From Glaucostegus cemiculus (lineage: Eukaryota): a stretch of DNA of 64,000 bases. The DNA lies in NCBI GenBank assembly GCA_976551045.1, contig CDPCPM010000141.1, forward strand, positions 15,314,001 through 15,378,000, read 5' to 3'. This document shows, one piece after another, positions 1 through 12,085 of the stretch; the stretch's first letter is position 1; every line of letters starts with the position of its first letter. A program made the position numbers and the translations under genes. Under the pieces are notes generated by a model. That model saw only the letters and a list, made by a program, of their open reading frames with translations, was not told the origin of the DNA and did no database searches.

Positions 1-565
1 AACCAATCATACAGGTCAATTCATTACACAGTGCAGTTACATAGTTAGTACAAAGTGCATTGATGTAGTACAGTAAAAACAGTAACAGTACAGAGTAAAG
101 TGTCACAGTTACAGAGAAAGTGCAGTACAATAAAGTGCAAGGTCACACAAGGTAGGACGTGAGGTCACAGACCATCTCATTGTATAGGGGAACCGTTCAA
201 TAGTCTTATCACAGTGGGGAAGAAGCTGTCCTAAGTCTGGTGTTACGTGCCCTCAGGCACCTGTATCTTCTACCCATTGGAAGAGGAGAGAAGAGAGAAT
301 GGGGTCTTTGATTATGCTGGCCACTACACCAAGACAACGAGCAGTAAAGACAGAGTCCAAAGAGGGGAGGCTGGTGTCCATGATGCGCTGGGCTGTGTCC
401 ACAACTCTCTGCAGCTTCTTGCGGTCCTGGACAGAGCAGTTGCCATACCAAGCTGTGATACAACCAGATAGGATGCTTTCTATGGTGCATCGGTAAAAGC
501 TGGTGAGAGTCGAAGGGGACATACCAAATTTCTTTAGCCTCCTGAGGAAGTAGAGGTGCTGGCAC
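1..565 (-). mobile_element. Rex1/Babar non-LTR retrotransposon, 5'-truncated 3' end (runs off window start)
   Basis: Minus-strand translation YFLRRLKKFG/LTSFYRCTIESILSGCITAWYGNCS..RKKLQRVV..RRYRCLRA is the typical Rex1 RT C-terminus. The 3'UTR (1-205) matches the copies at 9.0 and 39.0 kb. Confidence 0.9.
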
Positions 566-3500
566 CTCTGCTTCCTACTGGAATCTGATACTGATGTTGA
601 AACAAACCCAAAATGTAGTCTTGTAGGATCTCACAGGAGGTGCGATTCAATAGTGGCACAGTTCAATTTAGTCAGGTTATCTAAATTTTTATTTAAGTGA
701 CGTAAAGCACTCTAAAACTGAAGCGAGAATTACTTTGGCTCTGGTTTACTGCTCAGGCAGCACATTTTAAATCTGGCAGTCATCTGACCCAGTTAGTATA
801 ATTATTGTAAATTTGCAGATTCTTTATTGAATTAAATGATGGTGCAATAGATTGCCATATAACGATCATGTTTTCAATTAGTTACTAAACAGTGGGCTGG
901 CCTGATTAAAATTAGCCAATATGATAATGGTTGCTCTCGGACATAAATGTGTCACCCCCTCTTTGTATTTTACTCTATGAAAATACAATTGGTACATTTA
1001 TAGGGATTCAGTGCATGTTGTTCGTTGTATACTCTATGAAACAAAGGAACATAGAAATGGGTGCAAACCTTTCAGCATATTGAAGCTCTCAACTCTTTAC
1101 CCCCATCCTTAATTAGAAGAATGTTTGAAAATAAAAGCAATGCTTATCAAAAGCATAAACAATAAGAGTGCCAAGCATAACATGCTGTTGAAGAAGTACG
1201 AAAGCACAGGGTATTCTCTGTTATTAGAATGCAAATACAAGAGCAACTTCAGGCAAGGACAAATTCAAAAGTTACTCCTGCAAAAGCTGTAAAATGGCAC
1301 CTACACAATTTAGATTTAATTGCGCACCAAACTTTCCATTAAAATTTTAGAGCTTGCTCGATTTGTGTTCTCTACATTATAAAAGTGATATCCAATTCAC
1401 AACTACTTCACTTGATGCCTTGAGATCATGAAAAGCATTGATAGGAATGGAAAATTTCATTCTCTTCAAATAACACCTTTAGACAGACTGATTAAAAGAT
1501 AAGGAGTGGGGAAGAAGCAAGGAAGCAAAACTAATTTCAAATGTTAAAATGTGTGTGAATACTTAGAAACTAGAAAGAGACTCTCACAATATCATCTAAT
1601 CACTGGTATATTGTACAGTTTAACTTGCCTACTGTCAAGACCATTAAACTGGTATTAATTATTATGGAAGGGAGATGAAACTACTTAAGATATCAATTCT
1701 GCCTTAATTGAGCTAGATTTATTGGCCTTGAAAATCCATGGAGCAGATTCATTACTTTAATTTCAATGTAATGAGTATTATTCTTTAACAAAATAATTTA
1801 TTTTGCACCATTTAATTTTCAAAATTGAATTGCAAATTACGTTTTCTTTAATTTTTTGCCACACTGGACAATATTTTTGAGTCAAACAAGTCATTAGATG
1901 TGCATTGTGAAATATCAAATGTCAAACCTTGGAGCCAAGGCATTAGGAACAATATCAGCTTTTTCAACATTCTTGCTCTCCTTATTAATTTTATCCATTC
2001 ATTCTGGCTCTCATTAGCCCACATTTTTAATGGTGGTTAAGAATCATCAACTGCAGTAGTTAGGCAGAAGAAGATCAGCAGGGATCATTTGTGCCTTATC
2101 CCCACCCTCAAAACTCCCTGCAGCTCAGGGTTAACAATACTTTGAGCTCCACCAATTCCTTCCCTTCTTTAGTGATTAAAACAGCACAATTACCATTGAC
2201 CACAAGAACTTGACAAAACAAAGCACAGAGCAGCCAACAACTGGAACAAAAATACAGTCTTGAATTTGAAAGCAGTCTGCTTTTTCTCCCCCCAGAGAGA
2301 AGCTTCTTACAGTAACTTTTGAAAAGCTTGATAAGCCTGGTGTCCGTTGCCTGAATCTTTTGAGTTCATTCATGAGGCCAGAAATCTCAGGATGTGCAGG
2401 ACACGTTTCCACTACAGATAACCTTGAGTTCAAATTCCTTTGTTCAGAGACTGTGTATGCATCTCATTAAATTATGAAAAAAGATGGAAGAGAGTTGCTA
2501 AATATTTCTGAAGTATCCTAATAAATCTCTTATTACAAAACATTTAAAGCAGAGACCAATAGCACTCAGTTCAACAGATCCACTCCAGTATTTACGTCCC
2601 ACGAACTCCCGCTACCATGAAGAATGGTAGCTCTAACTCCTACATCATATCTTTCTATTCCTTTCATCCTCGAATATTAATCTAAGTTCACCACAACCAT
2701 TCTACGTGCTACTGAATTACACTTCTTAATATGCTCCATGAGCAGAGGAGTTCCTTCTCAATTATTTTATTGTATTTATTACAGCATCTCTTGAATTTAT
2801 AGCTTCAAATATTGTTCTCACTTGGGAACCTCTTCTCCATGTCAACCCTACCAAACCATTTCATAATCTGAAAGACTTCAATTAGTTCAGTATTCTTTGT
2901 TCTAAAGAACCCCAGTTTGATCAATCTTTACTGATATCATACTGATTTTTTTTTAAATTGCACTCCCTCCAATGCCATAATAATGACCTTATTTTTTTTT
3001 CATTTACTTGTTCATGAGGTGTCAACATTAAAGATAACACTGGCATTAATAGTCTATCTCGACTTTTGCTTGAAGTGAGGAGGCAATTAAGGGAGAGCAT
3101 ATAAAAGAGAATACAGTAAAACTCTGATAATCCCCTATTCAATTATTTGCAAATCTTGATGGTTCGGAATCTGGCTCACAGCTTCCCTGAAATTCATTGG
3201 GTTCTCAATTCCTGCCCTCTGGAATCTCCAGGGCCCCACTTCCCACACACCCTTTAAACTTAGCAGACTCACTGGAAATGTTATTATACAACTGTGTAAC
3301 CACTGACAAATGAACATAAGATGTGTTGGATATTAATAAGAAAAATATCAATAGTTCAGACGATCTGGCAGTCTGGCACCATAAGTATGCTGGATTATCA
3401 GTTTTACTGCAGTTCACAGGAATTCAAGTGTTGTTTAAATATAATTATACAGACATTTTACATATTTCTTTACTTTTCCATTCAATCCCTTTAGAAATGA

Positions 3501-3594
3501 TCACCAGAGTTATACTGTGACAAATCTATGCTCTCCTAGATTGCTCTTCAACACTGCAGTAACTGAACTTTTCCCACAAGTACTGATATAAGAT

Positions 3595-4186
3595 ATTAAG
3601 ATATTTATTTATTAGTCACATGTATATTGAAACACACAGTGAATTGTGTCTTTTTGCATTACTTAGAATGTGCTGGGGGCAGCCCACAAGTGTCGCCACT
3701 CTTCCGGCACCAATATAGCATGCCACAGGCAGGCATAGTAGTGTAGCAGTTAGAATTAAGCTTTACAGCACCAGTGACCTGGGTTCAAATCCAGCCACTG
3801 TCTGTAAGGAGTTTGTATATTCTCCCTGTGTCTGCTTGGGTTTCCTCTGGGTGTTCCGGTTTCCTCCCACATTCCAAAGACATACAGGTTAGGAAGTTGT
3901 AGGCATGCTATGTTGGCACCAGAAACGTGGCAACACTTGCAGGCTGCCCCCTGAACACTACACAAAAAGATGTATTTCACTGTGTGTTTCAATGTACGTG
4001 TGACTAATAAAGGTCTTAAATCTTAACCTGTATGTCTTTGGAATGTGGGAGGAAACCAGAGCACCCAGAGGAAACGTACACAGATACGGGAACAACATAC
4101 AAACTCCTTACAGATAGCAGCAGTAATTGAACCCAGGTCATTGCCGCTGGGTTACATTACATTAACCGCTACACTATTGTGCCACC
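3595..4186 (-). mobile_element. tRNA-derived V-domain SINE (HE1-like), split by a second SINE
   Basis: Tail at 3595-3726 and V-domain plus tRNA head at 4024-4186 (GGAATGTGGGAGGAAACC..CACCC..GGAAAC). The two halves are contiguous in the intact copies at 37.6 and 60.6 kb. Confidence 0.85.
3728..4023 (+). mobile_element. tRNA-derived V-domain SINE, full length, nested
   Basis: A-box-like TAGTGTAGCAGTTAG, B-box GGTTCAAATCC, V-domain GGGTTTCCTCTGGGTGTTCCGGTTTCCTCCCAC, tail TTTCACTGTGTG..GTGACTAATAAA. Confidence 0.9.
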
Positions 4187-4194
4187 TCACTTCT

Positions 4195-4930
4195 ATGTAG
4201 TGATAGATGCATATCCACTGGTACTGCAAATCAGTGTTACACAGTGGCAGAACTGATCCTACCAGTAATATATCTCAGGGTTATACAGTAATAGACCAAT
4301 ATCACCAGTAGTGCACATCAATGTCATACAATGACAGACCTGTTCCCACCAGATCTGCACTTCATTGTCATAGTATGACAATCCTGATCTCACTGTACTG
4401 TACTTCAATGTTATATAGTTAAAGACCAGTTTTTATTTCCCCAATACTGCACCTGTGTTATGTATGACATATTTGGTCCACCAGTACCACATCTCAAATT
4501 TATTCTGACAGACCTATTCCTGCCAGTGCTGTTCTTCAGCGTTAAATGACTGACTGTTATCACCAGCGCTGCACTCCATTGTCAAGCAGTGGCAGAGCTG
4601 TTCCCACCAGTGCTGTACTTCAATGTCATGCAGTGACAGACTGTTCCCACCAGTACTGCTCCTCAGAATCATACACTGACAGTCCTGTCCCATCAGAATT
4701 GCAGCCCATTGTCAAATAGTGACTGCTCTGTTCCATTCAGTTCTGTACTTCAGTGCCCACTAGTACCACAATCCAATATTGAACAGTGACTGACCTATTT
4801 TCACCATTTCTGCATGCTAGTATCAGTGTCAGATTTGTTCCTACCAGTATCATAAACTGACAGACCTGGTTCCACCAGAAATGCACCTCAGTCACACAGA
4901 GATGACCTGCTCCCTTCATAGTGCCCAGAA
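4195..4930. repeat. Degenerate ~44-bp tandem minisatellite (~16 units)
   Basis: Recurring unit approximately ACCAGTACTGTACCTCAGTGTTATACAGTGACAGACCTGTTCCC; CACCAG and CAGTGACAGAC recur about every 44 bp. Confidence 0.85.
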
Positions 4931-7809
4931 AAGTACTGCTCTTCAAGACTAATCAAATTAGAAAACCAGACCTTTTGAATTAAGATATCCATTTGTCAGT
5001 CCAGAAATCACTTAGTTGATATCTCTATTTCCTTATGAGCTAAGAATACCTTTCATTTTCTGATCAATCTGATTTAGCTTCTGAGAGGTCACTAGACCTT
5101 ACTTCCCAGTACTTTTGCTTTCTCCAACAAAATTTATACTGAAACTCTTGGAGATTTCTCTTCTACTTTGCCTTGAACCATTCCAGAGTTACAGCTCCAG
5201 CATAGCTGAAATGGAAAATGCAAAATCTCATCAGGGCACTGACAGAATGTTCTAGTTTTTTTCAGATTTGCTGACGGCTGCACGAGTGTTTGCAAAATTT
5301 AAACAAATTCAGTCTGTGACACTTTGTCCAAAACAATAATAACTTTGAAGCTGAGTCTCCTATGAAGATTTGGGGTTTGGGTGGAGTTTATTTTTACATA
5401 CATAATGTTAAAAGTGCTGATATACAGGGCAGAATCTGGATTTCCTAAGCAACTCTCTCTCACTGGAAGTCTTGTAGGAAGATGAAATCAATCTGAGGTC
5501 AAAACAGCACACACTTTACATACTGGCTAAGAGTTACAAACTGATGATGAAATAGATTATGATTTAGCAAAATTGTTGCAAGACGCACTGCTGAGTGGGA
5601 ATGCTTCCAATTAATCAAAAGAGAGCTTGACACTAACATTTGGAGGAATGCAAACTGACCAAGAGGAAAGAACACACTGGCAGAAAGAGAGAATGCAGAC
5701 AAATTGAAAACTTTGCACACCATCTGTGAGCGAGATTGAGACATACAATGGCAAACCTAAAGAACATGGCCAAGAGCTAAACGTTGAAATACCTTCACCA
5801 AATGAAGTGCAGAGCAAGATCCACTGTAAAGTGTTTATGGGGCTCATGTGGGGATCCTTTTGGTAGAGTATGATTCCCTCCTATGGACTGATAATGTATT
5901 GATTAGAGATTGCAATGTTGTGGCGTAACATTCAGGTACTGTGTGTAACATTTTTTTGATTCACCTGATACAAGGAAACTGAAGAGAGAAAATCCTATGC
6001 TCACAAATCAGACAAGCCTTTTAGTCCCAACTAAACCAACTTAAATTGTGACTTAAAATTTGTAAATGTAAATTTGAAGGTGCACAAAACACACCAAGCA
6101 CAACAAGGCAAAATGACATTCCAGTATTGTGTATTATATCAACAGGCTATTATTGTGAAAACACCAGTATAATAGTGTTCAGCTGTTGGAATTTCTTACC
6201 ACTGTGGCAGCTAAATTAATTTAAACTGCTCCTTGGAAATTCAAGCTGATTTTTCTCTCCTTCATAAGTCTCAAAATGGTCCACTTCTTTCAAAAATATT
6301 TCCAAGCAGTCATATTGATTTAAGTGGAATCACTCTATTTTATATTCCAGAAAGTGAATATTGAATGTCTAGCTACTCAATTTTGGAAGGAAACAATCAA
6401 TAATGTGTTAACTAAATCAATCACAGAAATGTTTAAGTTTGAACCATTCCATTTTTTCTGACATATAGCAGATGAAATCTGCAACATTGCATTAGGATAT
6501 GTTTGGTTCAGGAAGCCCTGCGCTGTTGTCAGGGTTTTAACCGTCTGCTTAATTCACTTGCTGTTAAAGGAACAGCCATTAAAGAATTCAAGATTAAAAA
6601 TGAATTCCTCAGTTGTGTCACAGAGTACTAGGAGGTTAAAGGACCAGAAGGCCAGATTTGGTGTTGCCATTGTAGCCCAAGGAGAAATGACGTTAAGACT
6701 AGCCCATGAGAATTACAGTAGTGCAAATCCTGCTGATGTCACCTACGGCATAATTTACTAAAATAAAAAGAAAGGAACACTTTCTAAGTGCACATTGCTT
6801 GGAAACTTAATGTGTCATTTTGAAGGATCAGATCTCAAAGTGGCTGGAGATGGCAATCGAGATGTCCCCATTAACTACTGGAAGCTAGCTTCAAATAGGT
6901 CGACTTTAAATTTTAAAAAATTACCTAAAGTGATTGTTCTCCCTCAGCTCCTCCAAAACCACCAGCCTGTTGTGGATCACAACTCCCAACCATCCCCATT
7001 GTGAGGCAGCCTCCAAGCAGATCACAACCCTAACCATGATCAATCCCTCCAGTAGCCAATCATGACCCAAACCCCAGCTGCCCTAGCCTGACCTTTAAGG
7101 ACCCCATTAACCAGCCCTCACACTGTTAACTTGATTCCCCCATCACCATGCCTTTCTGCCATATGTATCCCCATTCTGGTTGCCAGCAATCCAGACTTGT
7201 AACCTGCCTTTTTTTTCTCCAATCACTTTGCAATGGTGTAAGAAGTAGAGGAAAGGCCTTTATATACAGCTTGGGGGACATGCCACTGTACATTATACCC
7301 ATGGACTTGTCTACAATAACATTTCACAGGTCGCAGGTGCAGTATGGCAATTGTGGACGTGATATCTCAACATGTTCTGCTACATTGGGTTGCCATTATG
7401 TCTAAGTATCTCTGTTGAGCGCATGGAGAAGCTGGAAGGAATTTCATGAACTTTGCGGACCTGAAAGTTCCCAGTTGCACTTGGCACTTGCCTTTCCCAT
7501 GAAATTCTCTCTCAGAAATTTTGCACTGCACAACTGAGTTTTGAGGCCAAAATAATTTCAAACCTACCTTTCTCTTGCAATCTTTAGACTGGACAGCAAT
7601 TGAACAGGCTCTCAATTCTTGCTGTGCTGGATCATGCATGAAATGCAGGCAAAGGTGACAGACATGCTGGCAATGTGAGTTCCTGGGGTCGATTCTAATC
7701 GCAGCTGTTGGTTGGTTGTTGATGAAGTACTTGTAATGTGTATCCGATGTCCTTGGTCTGAGGCCAATGCCATTTTAAGGGTCAAGATTATTTACATTTT
7801 ACCAAAAAA

Positions 7810-9910
7810 TATTAGGGGCAAAGTGACTGAAAACATGAATGCATATGACTGATGAAAGAGTCAATATGGTTTAGAAAGGGCAAGACATGTCAGAACAAAT
7901 CAATTATGTTTCCTGTGGAGGGCAGTCAAATGATGCATAGGGGAGTGTCAGTCTCTATGACCTACATACAATTGGAGATAACATACTCTTCATGAAGATT
8001 ATGAACATGATGAAAATGAACATATGAACTTCATGAACATAATCATCATGAAGTGCTGTGAGAGGTTGGTCATGGCACGCATCAACTCCAGTCTACCAGA
8101 CAACCTGAACCCATTGCAATTTGCCTATCAGTGAAGCAGGGCTAAGGCAGATGCCATCTCCTCGGTCCTGCACTCAGCTCTGGAGCATCTGGACAATAAA
8201 AACACACGTTAGACTATTGTTTATTGACTACAGCTCTGCCTTCAATACAATAATTCCAAGCAAGCTTGTCACCAAGCTCTGAGACCTAGGACTCAACACC
8301 TCCCTCTGTATCTGGATTCTTGACTTTCTAACAAACAGACCGCAATCAGTGAGGATAGGCAGCAATACCTCCGGCACGATTATTTTCAACACTGTGTCCT
8401 CAGCCCTCTACTCCTTACACACTCACGACTGTGTGGCCAGATTCTGCTCTAACTCCATCTACAAGTTTACAGATGAGACCACCATTGTAGGCCGTATCTC
8501 CAACAGTGATAAGTCAGAGTAAAGGAAAGAGATAGAGAGCTTAGTGGAATGGTGTCATGACAACAACCTTTCCCTCAATTCATCAAAAGAGTTGGTCACT
8601 GACTTCAGGAAAGGGGGCAGTGTACATGCACCTGTCTACATCAATGATGCTGAGATCGAGAGGGTTAAGAGCTTCAGGTTCCTGGTGTGAACATCACCAA
8701 CAGTCTGGCCTGGTCAAATTATGTAGTTGCCACAGCCAAGAAAGCTCATCAGCGCCTCTACTTCCTCAGGAGGCTGAAGAAATTTGGTTTGTCCCCTTTG
8801 ACTCTCACCAACTTTTACTGTTGCACCATTGAAAGCATCCTATCTGGATATTTCACAGCTTTGTATGGCAAGTGCTCTGCCCAGGACCGCAAGAAGCTGC
8901 AGAGAGTTGTGTACACCGTTGGGTAGAAGATACAGGTGCCTGAGGGCACGTACCACCAGACTTAAGGACAGCTTCTACCCACTGTGATAAGACTATTGAA
9001 CAGTTCTCTTATACAATGAGATGGTCTATGACCTCACAATCTACCTTGTTGTGACCTTGCACCTTATTGCACTGCACTTTCTCTGTAGCTGTGACACTTT
9101 ACTCTGTACTGTTACTGTTTTTACCTCTACTACATCAACGTACTTTGTACTATCTATGTAACTGCACTGTGTAATGAATTGACCTGTACGATCAGGTTAT
9201 AAGACAAGCTTTTCACTGTACCTCGGTACAAGTGACAATAATAAATCAATACCAATCTAGTTTGGTAATTAGTATGCAAGAGACCAAATGTGGAGATAAG
9301 AGTATTCTTTTTGATTGCTGGGACATAGGAAATGGTGCTCCTCAGCTATCACCACCAGTACCATAATTTGGATGAAGGAATGAAAAGTTATGTATATCCA
9401 TGTCTGCTAGTGGCAGTACATTAGGAGCTCAAAAAGTTGGTTAGAGAGAGCAAAAAGTTACAGGCAGACAGAACGATTGATTACCTTCAGAATTTGCTGC
9501 TTTATTTTAGACTAAGTGAGACTTTCATTCCAGGAAAGATAAATCAGAATATTTTCTGATTAGCAATTGCAGAGAAGGACGTGCACTTTGGAGGCCCATT
9601 ACTCTAAATTCTAATGCAGATATACAAAGGGTAATCCAAAAGGCAAATAGAATTTTGGCAAATATATAAAGAGAAAGTCACGAGTCAACTATGCAGATAC
9701 CCAGAGGATAATGGAGGTCTGGAATTCACTGCCTGAAAAAGTGACTGAGGCGTAAACCCTCATCATATTTAAAGCGTTATTCCCTTCAGGTCCATGGACA
9801 CAGTGCTGGAAGGTGGGATGAGGTTGCTCATTGTTTTTTCCCCCAGATGGAACAGATGCAATAGGCTGAATATCACCTTTTCTGTGCCATTATTTTTCTA
9901 TGGACTTTAT
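7810..9910 (+). mobile_element. Old, decayed CR1 LINE fragment interrupted by Rex1
   Basis: SQYG..KGKTC-like RT remnant near 7860, GGTGCTCCTCAG (GVPQ-like) near 9340, CR1-like 3' tail near 9870-9910. Confidence 0.6.
8040..9258 (+). mobile_element. Rex1/Babar element, 5'-truncated, frameshifted, with an internal deletion near 8920
   Basis: [45 protein letters not shown]. Tail GTGACAATAATAAATCAATACCAAT. Lacks about 135 bp present in the 38-kb copy. Confidence 0.9.
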
Positions 9911-11004
9911 GATCAATTTAAGAACTTGTCGTTAGGCATCTCCATATCCATCACCAATGGGCAGAATGTACTACCTCAAAATTCCATCAGGTCCTGTTAA
10001 TTATCATAACTTCTTAATTGCCAGATTATAAAAATTAGCTCCACTTGCAATTGGCAGTTGCATAACTTATCCCTGCAGAGACTCCCCAGGTAAATGAGAG
10101 TGGGCATCACCACTGTACCTTATAATTTTCAAGTGATATTATTGCTCCAAATACACCAGGAAGAAGGAATTAAAATTAAGCCTACTAATTGTAGAAAAAA
10201 TACACTGGGAGAGAGATTCAACTTCATAGGCCTCAATGATAATTGAATACTTACACTACCAAAGGAGCAATCAATTGTATTTTGTTTAATAACATTTTCA
10301 AATCTAACTTACTCTATAAATCTTTGTCTAATCCCATTGCAAGAAAAATAGTTCAATGGTGTTTGATTTTTGATGAAGATTGTAGATCATTGCTTCCTCC
10401 ATATAATGAAAATTGTAAAAAATAGCTGTGTCAACACAATTAACTATACGCTTAAAAAAGTAGCAAGGTCTGTTGAATGATTCACTGAGTGCTTGTAAGG
10501 TTTTCACTTAATTTTCCCTTTAAATTGTTATGCACATTTTATTGCTGCAGAAATAGTTGCCATATCTTTTGTATTACATGCAGCCTTTATTATCCCACAT
10601 TGCCAACTTTTTAATAATAATCTGAAAGCCATTCATTTCTATAGCGTTTCTCATAAATTCCAAGCGTATTAAAAATTTGCTACCCATATCACAGCCCTTG
10701 CTGAGCAGCTTACTGCATATAGACATGGAAATATACTGAGGAAGCCTTATTAAAACATAAATACAATCATCAAAGAACCTTTCTGGATCAAAAATGACCA
10801 TCCCAGTTAGATACTAATAATGTATTGTCACTATTCTCAATCCTTGACAGTAATTCATAACGGAGCATGCAGGTTGTGACATTCGTGTGTTCCATCCATC
10901 ACAGTGGTATTTTATGTGGCATTGCTGTATTATATTATGATCAAAATATATTTTATTATATATAAGAGGTTCAAAAAAATCTGCAGATGTTAATTTTTCA
11001 TCAG

Positions 11005-11360
11005 AGCTGGGAACATAGGAATTCAAACATGTTTAGAGAAGGGGAGGGATGGAAATAACAAAGGGAATGTCTGCAATGGAGTGCGGACAAAGAGAATTTG
11101 AATAACACGAGCAGTGGGTGCTGCTGGCTGATAGAGGATGGGGGAGACTTGTTGACAGAATTTGATCTGTCTCGAGATGTAAATAGAAAGAACTGAATCG
11201 GATCAGACAAGGAAAAATGATGCTGAAACAGTGAGATACAAAATACTTCAGATGCCTGGAAATCTGACTTAAAAACAAAGAAGATCAGGCAGCATCTGTG
11301 GAGATGGAGAAACAAAGTTAACCTTATGGGTTGATGACCTTTTTTTCAGAACTGAGAAAC
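11005..11360 (-). mobile_element. Penelope-like element terminal region, decayed
   Basis: CAGATGCCTGGAAATCTG..CAGGCAGCATCTGTGGAG..TTCAGAAC resembles the reverse complement of the end of the GIY-YIG-bearing element at 48.2-48.3 kb. Confidence 0.55.
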
Positions 11361-11364
11361 TGTC

Positions 11365-11700
11365 AAAGTCGAGTATATTGTCATATGTACAAGTGCAGGT
11401 GTGCACAGGTGCAATGAAAACTTACTTGCAGCAGCATCACAGACAAATCATCATATAAGCAGCATTCACAAGAAAAACATAAATTAAACAGAAATCATAC
11501 ACAATTTTTACAAGAAATAACACAATTAGAACTGAAAAAACAAAGTCTGTTTTAGTGCAAAGTGATCAAAGTGGTCACAGTATTGCTATGCCGAGGTAGT
11601 GATTAGGGTTGTGCTGGTTGGTTCAAGAACCGAATGGTTGAAGGGAAGTAGCTGTTCTTGAACCTTGTGGTGTGGGACTTCAGGCTTCTGTACCTTCCAT
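11365..11700 (-). mobile_element. Rex1/Babar 3' end, second subfamily
   Basis: Minus-strand RYRSLKSHTTRFKNSYFPSTIRFLN followed by a 3'UTR ending ..CATATGACAATATA. Confidence 0.75.
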
Positions 11701-11852
11701 TTATAATTGTGATATAAACTGGAAAGGCTGGTTATCTGAAACTGTTGATTGCAATGTTATAGTTACGTGTCCTCGATTTAAATCAGCTGCAAGTAATAGG
11801 CCAGTAGTTTCCTTAGTTTAGCCAGAAGAACTATTTATTTTAAACTTTAACT

Positions 11853-12085
11853 CTATTTATACAGCACGGTAACAGGCCTTTCCGCCCCAATGAGGCCACG
11901 CCACCCAATTACACCCATGTTAACCTGTATGTCTTTGGAATGTGGGAGGAAACCAGAGCACCCGGAGGGAACCCATGCAGTCATAGGGAGAACATACAAA
12001 CTCCTTACAGACAGCAGCGGGAATTTAACTCTGATCGCTGGCACTGTTATAACATTACGCTAACAGCTACACTACCATGCTGCCA
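11853..12085 (-). mobile_element. V-domain tRNA-SINE with CR1-type tail
   Basis: Same head and V-domain as the other SINEs. Tail TACAGCACGGTAACAGGCCTT matches the CR1 3' end TACAGCACAGAACAGGCCCTT at 20409. Confidence 0.85.

Noticed and set aside
209-565. Host gene from the YFLRRLKK/CTIESIL peptide (often mis-annotated as ALKBH8-like or DUF1891)
   Set aside because: Four dispersed, decayed copies occur in this window with Rex1 RT motifs and tails.
3728-3800. tRNA genes at SINE heads (also near 54.5 and 60.8 kb)
   Set aside because: A and B boxes continue directly into the V-domain and SINE tail; no complete cloverleaf.
4195-4930. CRISPR-like periodic array
   Set aside because: Units are contiguous and degenerate along their whole length, with no unique spacers, no cas genes and a vertebrate context.
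5560-5850. Purine-rich exon-like stretch
   Set aside because: Stops occur in all three plus frames, and the minus-strand ORFs are low-complexity hydrophobic noise.
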